Assembly: GCA_035687925.1 (NCBI GenBank)
Contig: DASSNR010000034.1
Coordinates: 1-41,287 of the forward strand
DNA length: 41,287 nt
Direction of reading: 5' to 3'
Source: Gemmatimonadaceae bacterium
Lineage (GTDB): Bacteria > Gemmatimonadota > Gemmatimonadetes > Gemmatimonadales > Gemmatimonadaceae
Positions 35,134 through 41,287 of the stretch are shown piece after piece. The notes under the pieces were generated by a model, which was not told the DNA's origin, ran no database searches, and saw only the letters and a program-made list of their open reading frames with translations. Position numbers and translations under genes: made by a program. Positions within the stretch are counted from its first letter, which is position 1. Each line of letters starts with the position of its first letter.

Positions 35134-36945
35134 TCATGTTACCGCCTCCCCCTCGCCAGCCCGCACCAGCGCCTCCGCGGTCGCACCGCGGGCGCGACGC
35201 TCGGCTGCCTCGATGGGCGCCGGGTTGCGCGCGAGGAAGTTGCCAATGGCGAGATAGTCGAGATGCCCGAGCTTGAATGCGCGGATCGCATCGTGCGGCG
35301 AGCAGACGATCGGCTCCTCGTGCATGTTGAAGCTCGTGTTGATCACCGCGGGCAGTCCGGTGAGCCGGCGATACTCGTCGATGATCCGGTAGTAGCTCGG
35401 ATTGTCCTCGCGCCGCACGAGCTGCGGGCGCGCGGTGCCGTCGATGTGCACCACGCCCGGGCAGCACGCCTTCATCCAGTCGGTGCAGTCGAAGGTGATC
35501 GTCATGAAGCGTGCGGTGCGCTCGGCGCCGGCCACGCGGTGGAAGCAGCGCGTCGCTTCTTCATCGATCGTCGACGGTGCGAAGGGCATGAACTCGGTGC
35601 GCACCAGCGCCTTGTTCAGCCAATCGTTCACCGAGGGATCGGTCGGCTGATAGAGAATCGACCGATTGCCGAGCGCACGCGGGCCATACTCCATGCGGCC
35701 GTCGAAGCGCGCGACGACTGCGCCCTGCGTCAGCAGCCGCGCGATCTCCGGCTCGATGTGCTCCGCGTGCTGGAAGTCGACGCCCGCGTCCGTGAGGGCG
35801 CGTTCGATCTCGCGGTCGGTGTACGAGGGACCGAGGTACACGTCGTCCAGGCAGCGCGTGTTCGCCGTCGGGTGCGGCTCGTGATCGTAGTACGCCGCGA
35901 GCGCCGCGCCCACGCCCATCCCACAGTCCGACATCCCCGGGTGCACGAAGGTCCGCTCGACCTCGGGCATGTCGTGGATCACCTGGTTGATCTTCACGTT
36001 CGCGAACAGGCCGCCCGCCAGCGCGACATCCGCGTGATGCGTTCGTGCGATCCAGTAGCGCGTGAACTCCGACGCGAGCCGCTCCGCGTGGCGCTGCACG
36101 CTCGCCGCGAGGTCCGCCTTGTCGAAGTCCTCCGGCAGGCGATTCCTGAGCGCCGAGATCGCCGAGTGGAAGAAGACATGTCCTACGTTGACGAAGCGGC
36201 CGTCACGATACGTGAGCAGCGAGTCGAGCATGTCCTGATAGACGGGCGTGCCGTGCGCCGCGAGCCCGGTGATCTTCCCCTCGTGACGCCCCGCCTTGAA
36301 GCCGCACACCTGCGTGATGTAGGAGTAGAACGCGCCGAGCGAATCGAAGCTCGGCACGCCCGCGAGCTCGCGAATGCGTCCGCCGGTGACATCGAACGCC
36401 TTGGCCGAGATGCCGTCGCCGCCGCCATCGATCGTGAGTACCGTCGCGTCGGGACCGAAGTCGCTCGAGTAGTACGCCGACGTCGCGTGGCAGTAGTGGT
36501 GATCGATGAACTTGACCGGCGCGCGGATGCCGAACTCGTCGCGCAGAATCTCGCGCAGCGCGTTGCGTCGCTTGGCGTAGAACGGCTGTCGCAGCAGGTA
36601 GTAGCTCTGTTCGAGTCCGGGCACGTAGCCGCGTAGTCGCGCCGCCTGCGAGCCGATGTCGAAGAGCGTCTGCTTGGTCCAGCCGCGCTTGAGGCCGAAC
36701 CATCCCTGGCGGAAGTCGGTGTACTGCGGGATCAGGTGCTGGTTGCGCGTGCCGATCGCGACCATGTCGATCTGTTCCGGCTGCACACCGGCCACGGCAA
36801 GCACCGCGCGAATCGATTCGCGCGGAACGCCGAACACCATCTTCTCGCGGACCAGCCGCTCGTCGTTGATCGCCGCAATGATGTGACCGTCCTGCAGGAG
36901 CGCACTCCCACAGTCGACATGATCCCCGAGGCCCAGAATGTACAT
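35134..36945 (-). CDS. Carbamoyltransferase (NodU/CmcH family)
   Basis: 603 aa. MYILGLGDHVDCGSALLQDGHIIAAINDERLVREK N-terminus (ASKHA-like Carbam_trans_N) and PAVINTSFNMHEEPIVCSP in the C-terminal domain. Confidence 0.9.
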   Translation of the reverse strand: MYILGLGDHVDCGSALLQDGHIIAAINDERLVREKMVFGVPRESIRAVLAVAGVQPEQIDMVAIGTRNQHLIPQYTDFRQGWFGLKRGWTKQTLFDIGSQAARLRGYVPGLEQSYYLLRQPFYAKRRNALREILRDEFGIRAPVKFIDHHYCHATSAYYSSDFGPDATVLTIDGGGDGISAKAFDVTGGRIRELAGVPSFDSLGAFYSYITQVCGFKAGRHEGKITGLAAHGTPVYQDMLDSLLTYRDGRFVNVGHVFFHSAISALRNRLPEDFDKADLAASVQRHAERLASEFTRYWIARTHHADVALAGGLFANVKINQVIHDMPEVERTFVHPGMSDCGMGVGAALAAYYDHEPHPTANTRCLDDVYLGPSYTDREIERALTDAGVDFQHAEHIEPEIARLLTQGAVVARFDGRMEYGPRALGNRSILYQPTDPSVNDWLNKALVRTEFMPFAPSTIDEEATRCFHRVAGAERTARFMTITFDCTDWMKACCPGVVHIDGTARPQLVRREDNPSYYRIIDEYRRLTGLPAVINTSFNMHEEPIVCSPHDAIRAFKLGHLDYLAIGNFLARNPAPIEAAERRARGATAEALVRAGEGEAVT

Positions 36946-37022
36946 CGCTCCACTTCCTCACCGTTGGGACTGACGCTCCATCACGGCAGCGATCTCCTCA
37001 CGCCGCCGGTACCGCCTTCGCC

Positions 37023-37886
37023 CTACATCGCTGCTCGCTCGCGCGTGTACATCGTTGCGGACGCGCTCGGCACCTCCGGCTTCACGGCGCGAACGCAGAA
37101 CATGTATCCCTCGCGGAACGGGATCAGTCGATCCATCAGCGATACGCCGCGCAGCAGCGGATACATGCTCTTGTAGATCCGGTACTTCACACCCACCGCC
37201 TGCAGATCCTTCCCCGTCGCCGGCGAGGTCTCGCCGTGGAACTGCCCCGCCGAGCCCGTCTTCTCCTGCTGCTTCTTCGCGGCCGAGCGGTGGTACACGA
37301 AGTTGAGACTGTTCTCGACGAACTCCGTGAAGAGGCGCGAGTAGCTGTCGAGGCGCTGCGTCTCGAGCCCGACGGTGCGCATGAGCTGCTCCACCTCGGG
37401 GCGCAGATAGCCATCGCGCACGTGACCGAAGCCGCCGGTGTCCGCCGTGAAGCGGTAGAGCTTCTTCAGGCGGTAGCCGAGCCGCGACGACACACCGTCC
37501 GGGCAGGTGAGGATGAACACCCCGCCCGGCTTGAGCACGCGCACCATCTCGCGCACGAACTCCACGTCGTTGCTCAGATGCTCGAGGAAGTTGATCCCGA
37601 CGACGACGTCGAAGCTCTCGTCCGCAAACGGAAGACCGCTCGCATCGATGAGTCGCACCTCGTCGTTCAGCAGCTGCCGCGCCGACTCCACCTGCTCGGC
37701 CTCGAAGTCAGTGCTCGTCCATTGGCCGCCGCGCTGCCGCAGCAGCCAGCTCGAGGTCCCGGTCGCGCATCCGATCTCCAGGCAGCGCATCCCGTGCACG
37801 GGCGGGAGCAGGCGCAGCACGGCGCGCATGGTCTCCTTCTTCTTGATCGAGCGCCGATACAACTGGATCTGCCACGGTTCCCTCAT
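37023..37886 (-). CDS. Class I SAM-dependent methyltransferase
   Basis: Motif I CLEIGCATGTSS, DVVVGINFLEH and VLKPGGVFILTCPD. The start is ATG MREPWQ (complement of 37884-37886), in an ATGA overlap with the upstream SDR stop. Confidence 0.85.
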   Translation of the reverse strand: MREPWQIQLYRRSIKKKETMRAVLRLLPPVHGMRCLEIGCATGTSSWLLRQRGGQWTSTDFEAEQVESARQLLNDEVRLIDASGLPFADESFDVVVGINFLEHLSNDVEFVREMVRVLKPGGVFILTCPDGVSSRLGYRLKKLYRFTADTGGFGHVRDGYLRPEVEQLMRTVGLETQRLDSYSRLFTEFVENSLNFVYHRSAAKKQQEKTGSAGQFHGETSPATGKDLQAVGVKYRIYKSMYPLLRGVSLMDRLIPFREGYMFCVRAVKPEVPSASATMYTRERAAM

Positions 37887-38881
37887 GCCAGCAGTCCCTC
37901 CTGTCGGTATGCCGAGATGGTGCGTTGCACGCCCTCCGTGATGTCGACCCGTGGCGTGAAGCCGAGCACGGAGCGCGCTCGCGAGGTGTCGAACTCGTAG
38001 TCGTGCGCGTAGAAGTCCACGCGGCGCGGATAGATCGGCGGTTGCACGCCGAGCGGCCGGCACGCCCCTTCCACCACGGCGGAGAGCAGCCACACCGGGC
38101 GGTACGGCAGCCGCAGCTTCGGCGGTCGCACGGACAGCTCGGCGGCGATCAGCTCCGCGAGCGCACGCAGTGCGATGGGTTCGGGTCCCGCGAGCAGGAA
38201 CACGTTCCCCACCGCGTCGGGGATGTCCTGCGCAGCGATCATGCCGTCGAGCAGGTCGTCGATGTAGATCATGTGCCGCCGGCCGCGCCCGTCGCCCAGA
38301 TAGAAGAAGCGCTCCTTCTGGATCATGCTGAACAGCTTCACGAGCCGGCGATCGCCCGGGCCGTACACGTCGGCGGGACGCACCGCGGTTGCGGCGAACC
38401 CGCTACGGCGCGCCTCCTCCAGAATCCACTGCTCGGCCGCCGCCTTCGTGCGCGTGTAGATGTCCTTCGGGTGGTAGGGCTCGGTCTCGTTTACCGGTCG
38501 GCCGCGCACGTCGCCGGTCACGCCCATCGTGCTGCAGTAGACGAAGCGCTTCACACCGCGCGCCTGGCTCGCGTGCACGAGGTCCTGCGTCGCCGCGAGA
38601 TTCGTGTCCCAGAACACGGAGTCGGGAACGTCCGCCTCGCGCATCGTCGCGGCGATGTGGTGAACGACGTCGACGCCGTCGAGCGCGTGATCGTACAGCG
38701 AGCGGTCCGCGACGCTCCCCTCCACCAGCTCCACCCCGCGCCGCCGCAGGTCGTCGGCGTTCGAGCGCTCGGCCTGAGTTTTGATCAGGGAGAGGAGCCG
38801 GACATCGTGCCCGTCCGCCAGCAGTCGCCTGGCGAGCTGCGACCCGATGAAACCCGTTCCTCCAGTAATGAGAACGCGCAT
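37883..38881 (-). CDS. NAD-dependent epimerase/dehydratase (extended SDR)
   Basis: MRVLITGGTGFIGSQLARRL and YTRTKAAAE (YxxxK). The start is an internal ATG (complement of 38879-38881). The 607-aa track ORF is a spurious 5' extension running antisense into the FAD gene. Confidence 0.88.
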   Translation of the reverse strand: MRVLITGGTGFIGSQLARRLLADGHDVRLLSLIKTQAERSNADDLRRRGVELVEGSVADRSLYDHALDGVDVVHHIAATMREADVPDSVFWDTNLAATQDLVHASQARGVKRFVYCSTMGVTGDVRGRPVNETEPYHPKDIYTRTKAAAEQWILEEARRSGFAATAVRPADVYGPGDRRLVKLFSMIQKERFFYLGDGRGRRHMIYIDDLLDGMIAAQDIPDAVGNVFLLAGPEPIALRALAELIAAELSVRPPKLRLPYRPVWLLSAVVEGACRPLGVQPPIYPRRVDFYAHDYEFDTSRARSVLGFTPRVDITEGVQRTISAYRQEGLLA

Positions 38882-38974
38882 GACGCGGTGCGGTCCAATT
38901 GATGAGTGCCTGGTTGCACCGGGACAGTCGGCTCGGTGCAGACGGCGACACACCACTAAGCAATAACGGTACCC
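38882..38974. promoter_or_regulatory. Divergent intergenic region between the 8-gene minus-strand operon and the FAD-oxidoreductase/GT4 operon
   Basis: Outward-facing starts on both sides. A 6-bp inverted repeat, CGGTGC...GCACCG, flanks ttgatgagtgcctggtt. The assignment is speculative. Confidence 0.3.
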
Positions 38975-40663
38975 ATGCAATTCTCTCGGCCACTCGTGCG
39001 ATCGCTGTCGGTGCTCACCGAGCGGGAGTACGACGTCGTCGTCGTCGGCGGCGGGATCTACGGCATCTGCGCGGCGTGGGACGCGGTGCGGCGCGGGCTC
39101 TCCGTCGCGCTCGTCGAGCGCGGCGACTTCGCGAACGCGACGTCCGCCAATTCCTTCAAGATGGTGCATGGCGGCATCCGCTACCTGCAGCACGCCGACG
39201 TGGTTCGCATTCGCGAATCGGTGCGCGACCGGAATGCGCTCCTCCGCGTGGCGCCGCATCTCGTGCACCCGCTTCCGATCGTGATCCCGACCTACGGCCA
39301 CGGAATGCGCGGACGTGCACCGCTGCGCGCGGGCTTCCTGGTCTACGATCTGCTCGCCGCCGACCGCAACCGCGGCATCCGCGATCCCGACCGGCGCATC
39401 CCGGCGGGGCGGCTCCTCTCGCGCGACGAGTGCCTCGAGCTCTTCCCGCACCTGGACCAGCGCGGCCTCACCGGCGGCGGCCTCTTCCATGACGCGCAGA
39501 TGTACAACCCGCCGCGCCTGGCGCTCGCCTTCCTTCGCTCGGCGGTGGATGCGGGCGTGGACGCGGCCAACTACGTGGAAGCCGTCCACTTCATCCGCCG
39601 CGACCATCGCGTCACCGGCATCGCCGCGCGCGACGTGCTCACTGGCGAGACGTTCGGGATCCGCGCGCGGAGCGTGGTGAACGCCGCCGGCCCGTGGGCC
39701 GAGCATCTCCTCGCCAGCGATCCGACGCTTCGCCTGTCACCGCCGAGCACCTTCTCACGCGACGCGTGCTTCGTGGTCGCGCGTCCGCTCCTCGGCAAGT
39801 ACGCGCTCGCCGTGCCGGGTGCGACCGGCGATCCCGACGCCATCATCAGCCGTAACGCGCGCCATCTCTTCCTGGTCCCGTGGCGCGGGCACACGCTCGT
39901 CGGCGTCTGGCACGTCGTCTACTCGGGCGCGCCCGACAACGTGCGCGTCTGTCGCGAGGATCTGGAGTCGTTCCTCGCCGAGATCAACGAGGCGTATCCG
40001 CCGCTTGCGCTCACCATGCGCGACATCTCGACGAACAACTGCGGGCTCGTCCTCTTCGGCGAGAACACGCCGGGCGCCACGAACCTCAAATACGGCCACC
40101 GCTCGCGGCTCGTCGACCACGCGCACGCCGACGGCGTCGACGGCCTAGTCACCGTGATCGGCGTGCGCTGGACGACCGCGCGCGGTGTGGCGACGACGGC
40201 CATCGATATGGTATGCCGCAAGCTCGGGCGACGGACATCGCCGTCGCACACCGAGTCCGCCCCCGTGCACGGCGGCGACATCGACGGGTTCGAGTCGTTC
40301 GCCGAGACGGCCGTGCGCCAGCGCCCGCCCGGCGTGAGCGAGGCGACGATGCGCAGCCTCGCGCACAACCACGGCTCGGCGTACCAGCGCGTGCTCCGCT
40401 ACGCATGTGAGAATCCGGAGTGGCTCAAGCCCGTCGGGACATCGGACGTCATCAAGGCCGAGGTGGTGCACGCCGTCCGCGAGGAGATGGCGCAGCATCT
40501 CACGGACGTCGTCTTCCGCCGCACCGACCTCGGCACGGGTGGTCATCCAGGCGACGAGGCACTCCGCGCGTGCGCCGATGTCATGGCCGCGGAGTCGGGT
40601 TGGAGCGAGGACCGTACGGCGTGCGAGCTCGAGGCTGTCGAACGTGCCTTCCCGCGCTGGTGA
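38975..40663 (+). CDS. FAD-dependent oxidoreductase of the glycerol-3-phosphate dehydrogenase/oxidase (GlpD/GlpO-like, DAO + DAO_C) family
   Basis: 562 aa. YDVVVVGGGIYGICAAWDA (GxGxxG), FKMVHGGIRYL and a C-terminal alpha-helical extension typical of GlpD-like proteins. Confidence 0.8.
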   Translation: MQFSRPLVRSLSVLTEREYDVVVVGGGIYGICAAWDAVRRGLSVALVERGDFANATSANSFKMVHGGIRYLQHADVVRIRESVRDRNALLRVAPHLVHPLPIVIPTYGHGMRGRAPLRAGFLVYDLLAADRNRGIRDPDRRIPAGRLLSRDECLELFPHLDQRGLTGGGLFHDAQMYNPPRLALAFLRSAVDAGVDAANYVEAVHFIRRDHRVTGIAARDVLTGETFGIRARSVVNAAGPWAEHLLASDPTLRLSPPSTFSRDACFVVARPLLGKYALAVPGATGDPDAIISRNARHLFLVPWRGHTLVGVWHVVYSGAPDNVRVCREDLESFLAEINEAYPPLALTMRDISTNNCGLVLFGENTPGATNLKYGHRSRLVDHAHADGVDGLVTVIGVRWTTARGVATTAIDMVCRKLGRRTSPSHTESAPVHGGDIDGFESFAETAVRQRPPGVSEATMRSLAHNHGSAYQRVLRYACENPEWLKPVGTSDVIKAEVVHAVREEMAQHLTDVVFRRTDLGTGGHPGDEALRACADVMAAESGWSEDRTACELEAVERAFPRW

Positions 40664-40669
40664 GCCGGC

Positions 40670-41287
40670 ATGAACATCCTGATGTGCAACTACGAGTATC
40701 CGCCGCTCGGCGGGGGCGGCGGGGTGGTGCACGAGCTCATCGCCGAGGAGCTCGCGCAGCGCCATCGCGTCTGCGTCATCACCTCGGCGTACCGTGACCT
40801 GCCGAGTCACGAGGTGCGGAACGGCGTCGAGATCCACCGCGTCCCCGTGCTCGGCCGGAGCGAGACGTCGGTCGCATCGCTCGTGTCGATGCTGAGCTAC
40901 CCAGCGCCCGCGACCATGCAGGCGCTGCGGCTGCTCGGGCGCGAGCGGTTCGATGTAATGAATGGGCACTTCGCTGTGCCGACGGGTCCCGCATCGCTCG
41001 CCGCCGCCAAGCGCGCGCGCATCCCGCACGTCATCAGCCTGCACGGCGGCGACATCTACGATCCGTCGAAACGCTTCTCGCCGCATCGCGTGGCCGGCGC
41101 GCGGTGGGCGGTGCGCACCGTCCTCCGCCACTCGGATGCGGTCGTCGCGCAGTCGCGGAACACGAGCGAGAACGCGCGCCGATACTACGGCTTCACCGGC
41201 CCGATCGAGATCATCCCACTCGGCATCCGCCCGATGGATGTGCCACTTGCCACGCGCGCCGAGCTCGGACTTCCCGAGGATGTCTTC
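40670..41287 (+). CDS. Glycosyltransferase family 4, N-terminal 206 codons (3' end cut by the window edge)
   Basis: Not in the supplied ORF track because no stop lies in the window. ATG at 40670 gives MNILMCNYEYPPLGGGGGVVHELIAEELAQRHRVCVITS...HVISLHGGDIYDP, in frame to the last base. Confidence 0.8.
   Translation, partial: MNILMCNYEYPPLGGGGGVVHELIAEELAQRHRVCVITSAYRDLPSHEVRNGVEIHRVPVLGRSETSVASLVSMLSYPAPATMQALRLLGRERFDVMNGHFAVPTGPASLAAAKRARIPHVISLHGGDIYDPSKRFSPHRVAGARWAVRTVLRHSDAVVAQSRNTSENARRYYGFTGPIEIIPLGIRPMDVPLATRAELGLPEDVF

Noticed and set aside
37883-39706. 5'-extended versions of real genes in the ORF track: the 607-aa SDR ORF, 30038-31603, 23621-25225, 15114-16271, 37023-38093, 2609-4834, 9801-11228 and 10142-12334.
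   Set aside because: The extensions are low-complexity and R/A-rich. They overlap neighbouring genes or run through divergent promoters. In each case an internal ATG or GTG sits just upstream of the canonical N-terminal motif (for example MRVLITGGTG or MTLDLSIVI), often in an ATGA or TAATG coupling overlap with the preceding gene.
1-41287. Mobile elements, phage genes, defence systems, toxin-antitoxin pairs, and tRNA or rRNA genes.
   Set aside because: Every sizeable ORF with a credible protein-like translation maps to a glycan-biosynthesis family. No integrase, transposase, recombinase, nuclease or helicase-type motifs were seen. No intergenic gap contains a tRNA-like cloverleaf or T-loop (GTTCGAATC-type) sequence.

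Overview
Very GC-rich bacterial DNA, judged by eye and not computed. I saw no rRNA, tRNA, CRISPR array, transposase or integrase. The window is almost entirely one surface-polysaccharide (EPS, O-antigen or capsule type) biosynthesis island. I call 30 CDS, two of them cut by the window edges, arranged in about 9 alternating-strand transcription blocks with many 1-4 nt start/stop overlaps.

Contents:
- 10 glycosyltransferases: seven GT4-type, one TuaH-like GT1, one GT2, and one GT-C/GT39 membrane enzyme.
- Both a Wzx flippase plus a Wzy/O-antigen-ligase-like protein, and a Wzm/Wzt ABC exporter.
- A dense set of tailoring enzymes: four AsnB-family amidotransferase paralogs (one lacks the catalytic Cys2), a CapK/F390-synthetase-like adenylating enzyme, an ATP-grasp ligase translationally coupled to a PHP phosphoesterase, a FemAB/CelD-like GNAT, two CE4 deacetylases, a carbamoyltransferase, a SAM methyltransferase, two SDR epimerase/dehydratase domains, a Gfo/Idh/MocA dehydrogenase and a GlpD-like flavoenzyme.

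Best candidate for something undescribed: a pathway making a heavily amidated, aminoacylated or carbamoylated heteropolysaccharide. Its accessory-gene signature resembles exosortase/PEP-CTERM-type EPS loci, but no exosortase, initiating phosphoglycosyltransferase or Wza/Wzc lies in the window.

The clearest non-coding oddity is a 138-bp intercistronic element (34996-35133) built from tandem heptamers in inverted orientation, directly upstream of one asnB paralog.

All functional calls come from motif recognition by eye in the supplied translations. No database search was run. Taxon is not determinable here; the weak Shine-Dalgarno signals and composition fit Gemmatimonadota, Acidobacteriota or a similar high-GC environmental lineage, which is speculative.
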